A stretch of 64,000 bases of DNA from the human T2T-CHM13v2.0 reference genome, Homo sapiens (GCF_009914755.1 NC_060931.1); one strand, 5' to 3'; numbered from the stretch's first letter, positions 42,475-56,564 are shown. Notes: a model not told the origin generated them from the letters alone. Made by a program: numbers and translations.

Positions 42475-42730
42475 AGTTATTCATTTAACAAAGGATTATC
42501 CAGTGCCTTCTATGTGACAGGCACAGTGGCCACAAAGATAAGCAAAAAGATATGCTCCTTATCTTCATGGAGCTTACAATTTAATAAGAGATAAATATGC
42601 ATCAAACAACCCCACAAATAAATGTACAACTGTAACTGTAATAAAAGCTAAAATGAGTATGGTGCACTATGGGCATACAGTAGGGAGATCTGACCTAATC
42701 AGAGAGTTAAGACAAGTTAGGGGCCTTGTA
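42475..42730 (-). mobile_element. L2 3' end
   Basis: 'ttattcatttaacaaa..agtgccttctatgtgacaggcac..cttcatggagcttacaat'. Confidence 0.7.
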
Positions 42731-45700
42731 TCCTATTCCTGGAATCTTGCTCATCAGCAAACAGCTGAAGGAAGTATTTGTAAGGATAGTATATCCCTCT
42801 GTACATCCCAAAGTCCTGTCCTGTGCACAGCCACTGACTACATACCTCTGCATCCAAAGCAGACTCAGCTTTCAGCTGGCCTTGCTGAGAGTGAGCCCAG
42901 CATATCTTGGAAAATGAATTCACCACACTCTGGCACAAACCCCATATCATCCAACAGCTTCTTCAACCAGAGCAGCTCAGTCTTGGTCCTTATCCATGAA
43001 TGATGGTTGCAGAACCACGCTGGCTTTACAGGGATCTGGGTAGGATCCATTGCCCCCACCCTGAGTGTATTCATAGTGATGTGCTATATGGTTTAGGAGC
43101 CTTGGTAAATAAGTCAAGGTAGAACTGTCTCAACCCAGAACTTTCTTCAGGTAAGAAGTATGCTTCCAACAGAAGTTCCTAACAGGAAGCAGCTATCACC
43201 ATCAAAGGGGAGTACTGAAATCATTCCAAGACTAACCCCCACAGTCTACTCTTTTCTTCCCTATCATCTGTGCCCCTAAAGCAGTCAGGAGAGTTCCCTA
43301 GCCAGACCTAACTCAGTACTTAAATATCTTTGATAGGCCTGGGAAACAGAACACAGGAAGAAAAGTCGTGGCTTTTCACCCCAGCAGTGGAATCTATTCT
43401 TGTTTTTTGTAGCATGAGATGTTTACACCTAAGGAACAGAAAGTGAACTTAAAATGTCTTTAATTAAGAAATTAGGTTTAAATGATTCCATATAACAAAT
43501 CTGATTTAATTTTAAATTTTTGAATACATTTACTCATTCAAGAATGGTTTCAAACCCTCCAGGGGTGAGATAAATGGCAATTCTAGCTATCTTCTACCTT
43601 CAAATATAACTTTCCTGAAATAAAAACAGGAAATCCAATTTGTAATCACAATAAAGTTTCTTATCTAAATCCAAAGGCCAGTTTTTTTCCCCTTGGAAAC
43701 ATAAGCGCCTGAAGCAGGGGCTGCATTTTGATATTCTTTGTGGCACTTGGCACAGTATAATTTCTATGAAGGTGCCTTGTAAGTAGCCTGGGGTGATTAT
43801 GGTGGTGTAATTTTCATCACAACCACAGATAACCCAGGTAACTGTGCAGGTACAATGACGTTCAGCTTAAGTGGCTTTGTTCCAAACAAGGGGCTCTATT
43901 GTAAAAACAAAGCAGGTGTTAAAACATAGAGATATTGAAGATAGGGGTCATTTTACATACTAACATGCACTGAAAAGTAAATCTGAGCTTCCCCACATTA
44001 TTGCCAGGAATTACGGTATACTTAAGATGAATCCATTAAGTACACAACTGGACAAATGATGAAATTTCATGTTAGCAAAATTCCTGACATATTTCACACC
44101 TCTTACTCTATTAAATTACACTTTTTTAACAAAGAAAAGCTTTCCTACTGCTACACATTTTCAATTTTTTCTCCTATGTATTTCATATTAAAATTTCAAA
44201 ATAATTTGATCAGAGATCTAGTGCACAAAGGTGCCTAAGTGAACAATAATCACCAAAAACACTTGCAATGGCTGCAGTAGTGGGATTCCCATCAGTGATG
44301 TCAACAGTGATGCCAAGAAGACAAAAGAAGAGGGAAGGAGCTAATAACAAAATCCATAGAAAACAGGCTTCATTAATTTCTGAACAGGCTACATAAATCC
44401 ATTAATGCCTACAGATTAATAACATGGTCATATAAATGAAGTTACTGCCTACGTGTTTTCTGAAAAACATCATTGCTAATTCATCTTATACTGTCAAAAT
44501 TTCTTTATCCAAAATGTATATATTTTTGAGTAATATCTTCTCAAGAAAGTAATACTTTCTTGTAATACTCAAGAAATACCCTCAATTCCCAAGTACTACA
44601 GTTTATATGTGACCAGTTTTTGATATAATAAAATATATAAAATGTAAAGTTAAACCTTAGATGTCTATCTAGTGCTTATTCTGAGTGGCAATGAAATAAT
44701 GTAATAGAACACAGCAAAAGGCCGAAAGAAGGAAGAGCTGTATTTTGGGAGTGCAGAGAAGTATTACTTCAGAAATGTGTCCAGACAAAGAAAACTCATT
44801 CAAGGGACGTGGATAAGGGCCAGGTGGACTAAGGAAGAGGTAATCTATCTGGGTGTCTCAAAAAGGAAGTTTTCATTCTGGAATCTGAAAAGAGGATGAA
44901 TGCACCTGAAAATCAAACCAGCAGAGAGTGTTTCAAGAAGTAGAGTTAGAGAGAAAGAATCAACTAGAGATAGGTACATCAGACATAGGAAAGGAAACGT
45001 GTAGCTAACTGATAGCTTCCATAAAGACAAATTGAATAATAAGACTGTGTATGGTTTACAAATGCAGGCAGTATTTTTCTCGAGGTGTCTTTGTAGTGAA
45101 TCTACTATCTTTATATTTGCCATGTTAAAGATACTACTGAGCTGCCCAGAGAGCAGTCAAGGAAAAAGATTTTTGGCCACAGGGCTGTGGTCCTTGAGAA
45201 ATCCTGGAGTTCCTGTGTGCTTAGGAAGTTATCAGAAACAGAACATGTTGTGAGTGTCTGTGCTTGAAGTGAAAGAAGGGAGATATTGAGAACAGCAATG
45301 AGTTTGCCCCTTTTTGACAAATCTTACTCTCTGCTTATTTATATCAAATTATCATCATCATCACCCTTATCTCCAGTGATTACCCAAGTCTCTTGTTCAC
45401 ACTCCTCCAAACTGTCTACATATACCTCCCCCTCGCAATACACACTGAAGTTATTAAGAATTGAAAGAACAAATTGTTTGCCCATCCTCATAATCATCTG
45501 TCCTAAAAGGTCATTTAAACATTTAATCAAACCTGCAGTTCTCCAGGGGAACGTGTGAGTCATGCCGTTCATCCCACACACTCAAGCGGGGCTTTGTGTC
45601 AGTCTTAGGAATGATGCAGACTGGTCCCACAAAGAAATCAGTCACAGGGACATTTTCTGTCATTAGGCAGAGAACAAAAAGCTAACAGTTTCCTGGACTC

Positions 45701-47684
45701 TACTGAAATAAACTTTTGCACCAATTAATGAAACCCCTATGGAAAGCATCATGCCAGAATCCAAGGAGGCTGTCCATGTATTGACATGCAAACTAACACT
45801 CCTGCAAAAGAGGGGGTAGGTGAGCATCCTAAGTCAATATGAATTATTTGTTTTTCTGCTACTTTGGATCAGCTATACCACTGCTCCCTTTCACAGGTAC
45901 AAATACACAAAAGAGGGCTTCTGTTTCATAAAAGTGGCTCTGACAAATGACACTCCTCAGGGTGCTGAACCCAACACTGGCAGCCAGCCCATTCTGTGCC
46001 CTCAGCCTGCCAGTACTTTTCACTTCCAAAGCTATCAGCCTGCTTCAGACCTATGCCTTCACTCTGACTAGGGACAAAGAAAAGATCACAGTGGAAATCC
46101 TTCTGCGTGCTGCTAATAAGCCTATTTAGAGTCAATGAGAAAGCCTCATTTTGCACCACCAATAAAGGCCTTCAAGAGTACTACTGAATCAGAAAAACCG
46201 AAATGTTTCTATGTACTCCCTGTCCTCATTTTACATCAGCCTGACAGGTGACACTCAGCAAAATATCGAACAGGATGACCTCCAAGTTTCCTTCCTTCTC
46301 TAATGTCCTCTGGTTCTCTGTTGGCCAGTAGGATTTAAATTTTATTTAAATTATCTCATATTCTGATGGATTCTTGAGCCCCTTTTCAGTTTTAGATAAT
46401 CTCCCTGTGGTTTGCTGAATTGGCATATCTGGAGTCTAGGATCTCTGTTGGCAAAGAACTGAATATTGCTCCCATCCAACAGCTTAGCTAGCACTGTCTA
46501 TTTTCTTTCTGAAAGAGATCTGGGTAGGAGACAGGTGCAGAGCATCTTTCCACCTCCCACAGAAGGGCTAGGGAAAGCTTTGTTGTGCATGAACCATGAA
46601 CAAAAGGATAATTCAAACCAGCAATAATGTCCTTAATAAAAAATAATAATCATTTTCCCAAATGAAAATCTACAATTCTAACCATTTGATCACAGTGATG
46701 TAAGCAAACAAGCCTGCAGCTAAAGGTTATATATGGGTCAAAGATTTAATGGAAAGTGATACATGGGTGGAATGACATCACCTATTTGTCAGAATACTAA
46801 CTCCTCTACCATATCCTATGTCGGCCCACCGTTGGGGTGTAAGGGAAAGGTGCATAAAGAGATAAGTACCCATTTCTAAACATAATGCAAGTTTGACATT
46901 TAAGCTCAATAGTTTAGCTATAGAGCGTTTTGGTAACATAAAAAGAAACCAGAGCAATTTGAGTGACCTTTGTGAAAGACAGGCATAAAGGTTGCAACCA
47001 CCACTCTCACCACCAAAATCTAAAAATGCGGAAAATAAGCATTTATCAAAATTTCTCAGAGACTATGTTACCCACCCAAGATTCCACAGCTAGGATGCAG
47101 TGTTTGAGTGTCTACTAACAAGGCTGGGAATTAGTAAACACAGAAAGCATAACAGAAACACTTAGTTCCTCTTGGGTCTTATGGTCCAGTTGATAAAACT
47201 TCCAGCACTTTGAACAGATTTTCACTTACTGCAAAGAAAAATGCTTAGCTGAATTATTGTCTATCTGGGTTGCAAGTAGCACACCCCCACCATCTGTAAA
47301 ATAATATTTTGGTAGACTAGAGGGCATGTTGTTAAAGGAACCCAAAGGAGAATTGTTTTGATAAAGTTAGGGACAATCTCTAATATGTGTGTTTTATAAT
47401 TCTGCAACTTATGTAGAAATATATCTGAATGAAATGTTGTTGAAAAGCTGTATATCATTTTAATTTTAATAAATCAAATCACATTTTATATTCACTGACT
47501 GAGAAGCTGGTACTTAGGAAACCTGTGAGAAATTAGTTTAATAATTTGTGTGTATTGCAAATATTGACCTTCTGACTTAATTCAGAATTTCTATATAAAA
47601 ACAAAAATTTAATTCTTTAATATCTTAAAATGAGGGATGCTCATGCCATGTTAAATAAATCATTTCCACTTATATTTAATACAT

Positions 47685-48605
47685 TGTATTAGTTAGGATG
47701 CTTGCAGCTGCAAATGATAGAAAATCCGATCCAAAATGGCTTTAAAAATTGTTGTTCTATAGGTCTATCACCCTAGACTTCTGCTGTCCAATATGATAGT
47801 CATTAGCCACATTTAAATGTAAAGAAATCAAAGTTACATTTACATTTAAGTGTAAAGTAATTAAAGTTAAATACAATTTGAAATTCTATTTTTTCAGTTT
47901 GCACTAGCCATATTCCATCAAGTGACCAATAGCCACATGTCACTAATGGCTGCTCTATTAAACAATGCAGATATGGAAAAACCTTCTTCACCTCAGAAAG
48001 TTCTATTAGATAGTGCTGGCTTCAAAGAAAAGGAAGTTGTTAAATCAGTAAGCAACAGTATCTGTTATATTCCCTATGTAGCAGGCAATAATCTTTATGC
48101 ATATTATTTCCTTTAACTTCCCAACCGCTCTATGAGGCAAGTATTATTTTAATGTATTAGTCTGGACTCTAGGTTGCTAGCTAAAAATGGGAAAACATAA
48201 TTAGGAGAACCTTGAACTATCTCACATATCTACAAGAAAAGCCTGGTTAAGGTCCTCATCACCATCAGAACTCTTTCCATCTGTCACCTTTATTCTGTTG
48301 CACAAGTCAATATTATTCTTCCAGGTCAGCTTCCCCCTTGTGGTGGAAACTTCCCAGCCTCATATCTCACAGCCTCAAACTACTGCCTCCCACCCCCTGA
48401 GAGAGAATAATCTTCCTCCTTTCACTCCCATTTTAGATATTACTCGGAAGGACTCTGATAATTTAGCTTTAGTGAAGAGCTCAGTGTTAAATCAATCAGT
48501 TGTGGCTGAAGAGACACAAGGGAGAGGATCAGGGTTGTAGAATAGAGACATGGCCAGAGGGGCTCCACTTATGGACAGTGAAAACAATTTCTACAGAAAC
48601 TGGAA
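47685..48605 (-). mobile_element. Old MaLR LTR pieces (MLT1J/K-like), interleaved with MER3 and MIR
   Basis: 'tgtattagttaggatgcttgcagctgcaaatgatagaaaatcc' and 'tgtattagtctggactctaggttgc..ggaaggactctgat'. Confidence 0.5.
47781..48018. mobile_element. MER3 hAT-Charlie
   Basis: 'ctgctgtccaatatgatag..cactagccatattc..caatagccacatgt..gaaagttctattagatagtgctg'. Confidence 0.8.
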
Positions 48606-48609
48606 TGGC

Positions 48610-49815
48610 AGGGTCCTCTCCTTCAACATATTTCTGAGTCCTCAAGGCTCTATCTCAGGCCCTCTGCAATTTCCACTCCACATACTTTCTGGATCTGTCT
48701 CACCAAGTCCCATTAATATACTAGTGAGGCCCCAATTCTCTGTCTCAGCAAGACCTTGTATTCTTAGCTTCAGACTCACATAACCAAGTAACCCTTCCCA
48801 GACATCTGCAGCTCTATATCTCATAGGATCCTTAAACTCAGTATCTCCCACAAAATTCATCATCCTCCTTCCCCCTCTTCCCCAATCATTCATTATATCA
48901 GGAATGCTCTTTCAATCAATGACCGAATTTCCCATTCCAAGAATCAAGGCATCATCCATGATTTGTCCTCTCCTTTAACATGCAATTAATTGCCAAGCCC
49001 TACATATATCCCTAAAATGTCTTTTTATTAATATATCCATCTACTTCTGTCCATTCCTAGTACAGTGCAACCATCATAGGCTGGGCCACTATCATTTCTG
49101 GAAAATTACTGTAGTATCTCATGGGTCTCCCTTCCTCCAGTGTTATGCCTCACCAATACATTATCCATACTACAGCCAGAATAATCTTTCTAAGATGGTG
49201 ATTCTATTATTCTGCTTAAAACCTTCTGGTGCCCATTCATTGACTTTCAAAACATTTTTCAACTGCCTCTTGAGGCATATAAAGTGTTATATGATCTGTC
49301 CCTTGCCTAGGTCTCTATCCTTACTCTCTTCCTATCCCCCTCTCCTAGTCTCTACAACTGCCATCCTTTCTCTTGCCCACTGGTCTTTGTGCCACCCTCT
49401 GGTTAAAATAATAATACTACTGATAATCTCTTTTTCTTAATTCTGCTCATATTTTAGTCTCAACTTCAATGACACCAATCTTCTCCCCTAGGCTACATCA
49501 GTTCTCCCTGCTATATGCTGGCTATTCGCTTAACACATTGCATTGCAGGAACTGGGCTAAATTATTCACCTTCCCAATTAGACTGTAAGCCCCATGAGGA
49601 CAATAACCATTTTTGTTTTGCTCACGAACATGTCCTTGACATCTAATAGCTAGTGCTTGAAAAAGAGCAGAAAATAAGCTGAATTTAATTCTTTCATTTA
49701 ATCCACAAATATTTTAAGGAAGCCTATTTGTGCCAGATGCCACCCAAGGCACTGAGATTCAGCTGTGAATGAAACAAAATCTCTTCCTATATGAAGCTCA
49801 TGTTCTTGCAGGGTA
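48610..49815 (+). mobile_element. L2 3' portion (+), followed tail-to-tail by a short L2 3' end (-, about 49690-49815)
   Basis: 'gtcctcaaggctctatctcaggccctct', 'tagactgtaagccccatgaggaca', then 'ttcatttaatccacaaatatt..gtgccagatgc'. Confidence 0.7.
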
Positions 49816-49926
49816 AAAAAAAAAAAAAAAAAAAAAAAACCCTAATAAACTAATAATTTTTTAGAAAATGCTTAAATTGTATAAATAAATATAGTTTTAA
49901 TATTTGTATAACTTTTTACATTTTTA

Positions 49927-50805
49927 TTTTTACTTTTTAAATTTTATTATTATTATACTTTAAGTTTCAGGGTACATGTGCACAATGTGCAGGTTATTTA
50001 CATATGTATACATGTGCCATGCTGGTGTGCTGCACCCATTAACTCGTCATTTAGCATTAGGTATATCTCCTAATGCTATCCCTCCCCAAACCCCACAACG
50101 GTCCCCAGAGTGTGATGTTCCCCTTCCTGTGTCCATGTGTTCTCATTGTTCAATTCCCACCTATGAGTGAGAACACGCGGTGTTTGGTTTTTTGTTCCTG
50201 CAATAGTTTACTGAGAATGATGATTTCCAATTTCATCCATGTCCCTACAAAGGACATGAACTCATCATTTTTTATGGCTGCATAGTATTCCATGGTGTAT
50301 ATGTGCCACATTTTCTTAATCCAGTCTATCATTGTTGGACATTTGGGTTGGTTCCAAGTCTTTGCTATTGTGAATAGTGCCTCAATAAACATACATGTGC
50401 GTGTGTCTTTACAGCAGCATGATTTATAGTCCTTTGGGTATATACCCAGTAATGGGTTGGCTGGGTCAAATGGTATTTCTAGTTCTAGATCCCTGAGGAA
50501 TCACCACACTGACTTCCACAATGGTTGAAGTAGTTTACAGTCCCACCAACAGTGTAAAAGTGTTCCTATTTCTCCACATCCTCTCCAGCACCTGTTGTTT
50601 CCTGACTTTTTAATGACTGCCATTCTAACTGGTGTGAGATGTTATCTCATTGTGGTTTTGATTTGCATTTCTCTGATGGCCAGTGATGGTGAGCATTTTT
50701 TCATGTGTTTTTTGGCTGCATAAATGTCTTCTTTTGAGAAGTGTCTGTTCAAACAAATTTACAAGAAAAAAACAACCCCATCAAAAGTGGGCAAAGGACA
50801 TGAAC
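49927..50805 (-). mobile_element. Young L1PA (L1PA2/3-like), 5'-truncated with a 5' inversion
   Basis: 3' UTR and ORF2 C-terminus antisense at 49927-50750 (ORF 50150..50392, ..TWNQPKCPTMIDWIKKMW..). Sense-oriented piece at 50751-50805. TSD AACTTTTTACATTTTT(A). Confidence 0.95.
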
Positions 50806-51004
50806 TTTTTACATTTTTAAAATTGTATAAATGAAACCTTTTTAAATGACATTTTCCATTATGTACTCCAAGTTGTCTTTTCATTATTCTGTTACCTCAT
50901 TAGAGGTAGTATGGAAATAAAGTGCTTTCCCCTCAAATAGTATAAATGTAATTTTATTTTTTTAGAAAAACAAAACACTATGGAGTCATGGCATTTATAA
51001 TGAA

Positions 51005-51087
51005 GTAACCAAATATTCCAATTAAATATTCAGGTAACCAAATATTCCAGTTAAATATTCAGGTAACCAAATACTCCAATAAAATTT
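51005..51087. repeat. 29-bp tandem repeat, about 2.8 copies
   Basis: GTAACCAAATATTCCA(A/G)TTAAATATTCAG starting at 51005, 51034 and 51063. Confidence 0.9.
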
Positions 51088-51572
51088 GACTGATTTTATA
51101 GGACACAGGACTATATGTGTTTCTAGAATCATATTCCCATTTAAATTAGCATCGCAGTCAGGAATTTAAAGACAAACTATCAGAATAGTACATTTTCTTC
51201 TTAAATTACAGTAAAAGCCCTTTTATAACTATGTTGAGCTTTTCCTTTTATTAAAAAATATCATTCCAACAATTAAAATATTTATCAAATGCATGCCAAG
51301 CTAGGCACCATGCATCATATCTACATCACTGTAATGAAGAACAGGAGGACTATCTGGCCATACATTATAGACCAATTAATTAACTTAACAGATATATAAT
51401 GCTAAGCATATGCTAAGTCCTGAGGATACAGACCCTGCTTACTAGCAACTTACAAACTATTGTCTGACTATTATCTTCCTCACAAAATATAAGCTCCTTG
51501 AGGGCAGATGTTTAGCACAATATAGAGTTTAACAAATGTCATAAGTAATAAAAAAAAATCAAGACTCTTCGG

Positions 51573-51660
51573 TAGTCTTGATTTCTCAATTAGCCTTAGT
51601 AAGCTCTAATCACACTTAGTCTTAATTTCTCAATTAGCCTTAGTAAGCTCTAATCACACT
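51573..51660. repeat. 44-bp tandem duplication
   Basis: TAGTCTT(G/A)ATTTCTCAATTAGCCTTAGTAAGCTCTAATCACACT twice, one mismatch. Confidence 0.95.
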
Positions 51661-53204
51661 TTATGTCTCCTTTGCCCTACTGTATCCAATCCTTTGTTCA
51701 GCTAGTTCTTTTGTTTAGCTATGTTCCTAAGAAGTTGTGGTAATTCTCTTGTATTTCAGCAAATCATATCTATGAGACTCTCTCAAATCCTCTGAGTTAA
51801 AAAGAATCCCAAGATAAAACATAGAGAAGAAATATTATTTTTGAAATATAGTCTCCTGTATTTATCTGCTTTGTATCACTTTTAGAAAAGAGGAGAAATC
51901 AAGTTTTCCTGATATTGAATCATCTATACATTGTTCCTTTTTAAAAGTTTGTTTGGTTTTAATGAATTGGTTCCCTCAACTGAAGTTTAATAGCCATTTA
52001 AAGGAAGACAATTTATCCTAATGTTTCTGTATTTTTCTAAACTTTCTCATCCTCTCTGGCCCAAGCCTTACCATAGTTTTTCAAATAATTGGTGATCAAA
52101 AATGCTGAACTGTCACCTGTTTGCCTATATACTCTTTTCCATTTGTGAGTTCTTCAGTGTAATATTCCAGAGATTGTGTTTATTCAGATACATTCATCTT
52201 CCAATCAATCAAGATAATGCCAGCTTCTGTTGTGGGTTTTGCAGAAAGGATTTCCTAGACTCCTGAATTCATTTTTTCTCTCTGTAGTGTGAGCATTTTT
52301 CTGTTTTAAATTATTTTCTGAAAAAATGTGAGTATTTACGTACTCGAAATTTTAACTAGAATTGCTTCCCTTCTAAAAATGTTAGTTTCTCAGACCAAAT
52401 GCATCAATCTGACTCCCTCAGAAGTCAGGCGCTTCACAAAGAGGGAATACTTCACCTTAGGTGGCCAAGAAAAAAAACATACTGGCCCATATACCAGGAA
52501 AAATAGTAGAATGGGTCAGTGCAACTCAGCCCCACTTCGGTAAAGTTCTTCAGAGCAGGAAAGGATGAAGGAAAGAAGCAAGTATCAAATCAGACTTCAG
52601 TCCTATCATCGTTAGGTAGCTACAGGGCTTTAGACAACCAACTTGACCAGATGAGCCTCAATTTCCCTTTCTGCAAAGTGAGGAAACTGAGCTAAATAAT
52701 CTCTAAGGACCTCTTCAACTCCTCCACTCTATGTGTATTTACGATTGACAGTACAGTTTTCTAAGTGTTCAGAATATTTTTTGTTTCTGAGATGGCAAAC
52801 TTTACAATCTGCTTTGCAGACTTTGAAGATACAGGTGCATCTGTGTACGTTTCTTTAAATTTAGTAATTTAGTAATTAAGCTTCCCACTTTCAAATTTAC
52901 TAATGAGAAAAACACGCACACACACACATATATACATATTACTCTGTTATTATACTTTACTGATTTGAATACATACTCAAGTAAGTATATAAAGCTGGCT
53001 ACTGATTGCATGTTTTTGCATTGACAATGTATAGGTCAAGTCTTGTTTAGACGATCTTCTGTAAGACACCTTGAGTTTATCAGTAACCTTTAGCACAGTT
53101 GAATGTTTATTTTGCTAATTTAGCTTCAGGTGCTATGGTTATCATTACAAACTAACTCTAATATTCTCTGTTACTCAAAGTATACCCTAGAGCTCACCAG
53201 GATC

Positions 53205-53330
53205 CATGTCACCTGGAACTCATCAGAAATGCAGAATGCCTACCTCCAGAGTTACAAAATCAAAATCTGCATGTTAACAAGGTACTTAAGTGGTTTGTGT
53301 GCATGCTAACATTCTAGAAATGCTGTTAGA
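53205..53330. mobile_element. MER5A fragment
   Basis: 'tcacctggaactcatcagaaatgcagaat..atcaaaatctgcatgttaacaag'. Confidence 0.65.
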
Positions 53331-54709
53331 CATAGTGCTTCCCATATTGCTTTAAAATAGATATTTTTCTTTAAGAGAATGAATAAATGAGTAAACTAAC
53401 TCTAATTTAGCAATGTGAACTGCTATAATTCAATGTCATTGGACTTAGAGTTATAGAAACTTCTAGTTGATAGTTTCTCCTATTTTGTTTTTTGCTTAAT
53501 GTTGTCATAGGTCTACTCTTATACAAGGCAAGGGGCCAGGGAACTGGATGTAAAGGTTTACGCTGTTCAAGACCCACTAGCAAAAACTACATGTATAACT
53601 GAAAATCAATGTGAAGAATATTAAAATATTTACTACTTTATAAAGGATTAGGTAATAACCAATATGTTATTTTTGCTTCACTTTATAGTTGGTGATTAAA
53701 ATTCCAAAATGTATTCCATCACACATAAAGTATCATAAAGAGCAAAACAGGAAAATATTTTTCAACTATGTGGTAAAATGTCTAATATAAGTAAATAATA
53801 AATGGAGGATATAAATGTCAAGGACAAATCCAAATAAAAGAAACCAGGATCCTGGCTGCAGCTCTGAGATTAACACTGTGATTTGTCAATAATTCACTTT
53901 ACTTCTCTGGGTTCTAGTTTCTTCACTAGAAAACAAGAGATTGATTCTTATTTTACATCCCAGCTCTAAATTCTGAAATCTAGTATGTCTGAAATCAATG
54001 CCTGTTTTGTCATCTCAGATGGATCTATTGAAATTCAACATGAAATCTCAGAAACAGCATAAATAAGTCATCCTTGGATTTCTGCTATTTTACTTGCGAA
54101 GAACAAGAGCATATGGATGGCTACCTGGTAGTGCTCACGTAAAGGCATTCTCCCCAAGAGTTTTACTCTAGGCAAGGGGACAAATGGGGATGGCAGAACG
54201 CATTTTAATTCAGGGGAACCTACCTGGGTTATCTTTCACTCTGAATCACCAAATCAAATTATGTAAATTCATCCCCCTTGATGACTACCTACTTCCTTCA
54301 TATGGTCTCTATGCGTCCTGAGTGAATACGGGAGAGCTTATACCTTTCATAACTTTACAAAACAGAGGATTGCTGAGAGGTAGTTATAATTGAAAAGTTA
54401 CATAGTTAATCTAGCACCAGAAAATAAACTGACAGGTCTTCCAGGGAGCTAATTATTGAGGCTGCTATTTGGTTCACTGACAGGATTGCTTGTTTGTGGG
54501 AAGAAACATATTTGTGCGTTGCTTTTTCCATTACCGCTATTTCTATCATCATAAATAAGAATCAATAGGCCATTTTGCATAGCATATGCTCACCACTATT
54601 TTGTATCTGAGTGTCAGCTGTATGCAGGCTAAGCAGCAGTGCCCCAGTCTCCTGGCTGAGAATTAAAACCCAGCAAAGAAAACACCTCAAATTCCACAAG
54701 ACAGTGTAT

Positions 54710-54850
54710 ATGTCTTTGTGAGCTCCTTGAGAGCAAGGGAGGTCTGTTGTTTGTCTCTCTATCTGAAGCACAGTGCCTGGCACATGGTGAGCTTCAAAAT
54801 GTATAAACAACTAAATGAATAATGAATGAATGGATGGATGAATGAAACAA
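54710..54850 (+). mobile_element. L2 3' end
   Basis: 'tgtgagctccttgagagcaggg..gcacagtgcctggcacatggtgagct..aatgaatgaatg'. Confidence 0.8.
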
Positions 54851-56564
54851 AGGAAGGTTTTAAGATAGGATATGGAATCAACTGTATTTACTGGATCAGT
54901 CAAGGGATGTCGTTTTGATAAGCACAGAGCTATTTATAATTCGTGATGGAGACAGGAAGGAAAAGACCCGGCCTGAGTCCAGAGGGAGCTGGCTTTTGTT
55001 TAGCAGCTTAACCCACATACTCAGGTCTCTACAATATTCACTATTGGGTCCTCACTATAGAAGACAAGAAATCAGAATGACAGTCATTTAAAAAGTAAAG
55101 CAAAACTTCTGAAGAAAGACTCTACTGCCAATGAGAACATTGCTGGACAAAACAAGGTCAAGTAAGGGACTGATCAGAGGAAAGATAGGAATGAGAAAAA
55201 ATGAGGCAATGAAGGGAGAGGAATTGTGGCAGAGGACTGAGTGGGGAAATAAGTGTGTGAAAAATGTGTAAAGACAGGGAGAGGATGAAGATGCAATTCT
55301 CAAGAGAGTCTGTGGGTGTCTGGGTTTTGGAGAGTGGAAAGACACTAAGCCTGAGAGTACAATGAGGGAGGGAGGAAGGAAGGGAGGGAGAGGTCAGATA
55401 AAAGTCTATAAAATAACACCCATCACCACTGATAACAAGTATAAAAGAGTCCTTTTTTCTTCTCGAGAAAGACAAAGGGAATTTTAAGTAGGATTAAGTA
55501 GTAGTAGCTTTCAGAACTCAGCAGCTCTCAGAAGCAATAATAACTACATAAATAGCTAAGTGGATGGTAGGAATTACCTCACTTGGAATTTGGCCAGCAA
55601 ATCAAAAGTTAGCAGTAATATCACATCTTTTTGAAAGCTTTCCTGAGATTCTAGAGGGGAAAATTATCTCAGAAAACTGTTTCTACTGAGTAAATTTCAG
55701 GAAGAAATGCTCCTCACTGCTTGAAGATGTTCTATCTCTGGAAAACTGGTAAGACAGAAGTCCCTCCCTGCTGGGAAGCACTCTCTCATCCAAGTAAATA
55801 CATTGCCAATTTTGCCCCCAATGGAAGCAAATAATTACGTTCGCAGATCACCGTCGCCTAATGTAAAATGTTACTCAACACATATAACTTAACCTACCAA
55901 TGATGTTCTGAATGAACAAAAAGGGCCTCATGGATATCTCACTTTCAGAGAGTGCCTTAACTTTTTGACTTATTGCAGGTAGTTAAAATGCAAACTTTTT
56001 AAGGCCACATTTTAAAGCACTTTGCAAACGCTGGACACCTCTACTCGTGAATATCCTGTAAATTTTTCCTTTCAAGTACATTTGACCACTAACATGCCAG
56101 ATCATCTTCCCTTCTCCCCTAAAACAGAAATGAAAACTGGGTAAAATGGTAATTTGGGAGACAAATATCTTCTCTTATCATCTGAAAACTGTCATATGTT
56201 GCTTTTTTAAAAAATTAAATTAGTGTTATTTGTTTTCCACCCAGAGACAAGTTATTTTGGTATCACCCACAATGGAATTTGCATGAAAATCTGTTTACTG
56301 ACCCAGTTCCCTAGGGGTGCATTTGCCCTAGCACTTGGAGTAAACACCATTTTCATTGCACTAGAAATAGTTCTAATTGGACAAATTGTTATAATTTTAG
56401 CAACACCCAAATAAATCAAAGGAATTGGAGGCAGACATGCCACAGAATCTGGATTCGGCCACAAACCAGTTCAGTATTTGTGCCTGAAATAAAAGTCTAG
56501 TCATATACCACCTACAGATGCTAAAGGAACAGCTACATACCTCAACTGAACTTAGAAAATATGA

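Noticed and set aside
49976-50392. ORF2-like ORFs as a functional retrotransposon gene
   Set aside because: Only the 3' 0.9 kb of a truncated L1 is present.
51005-51087. 29-bp repeats as a CRISPR-like array
   Set aside because: No spacers, under three full copies, eukaryotic context, no cas genes.
51556-51584. Hairpin as a terminator or pre-miRNA
   Set aside because: The stem is far too short for a pre-miRNA, and rho-independent terminators do not apply in a mammalian intron.
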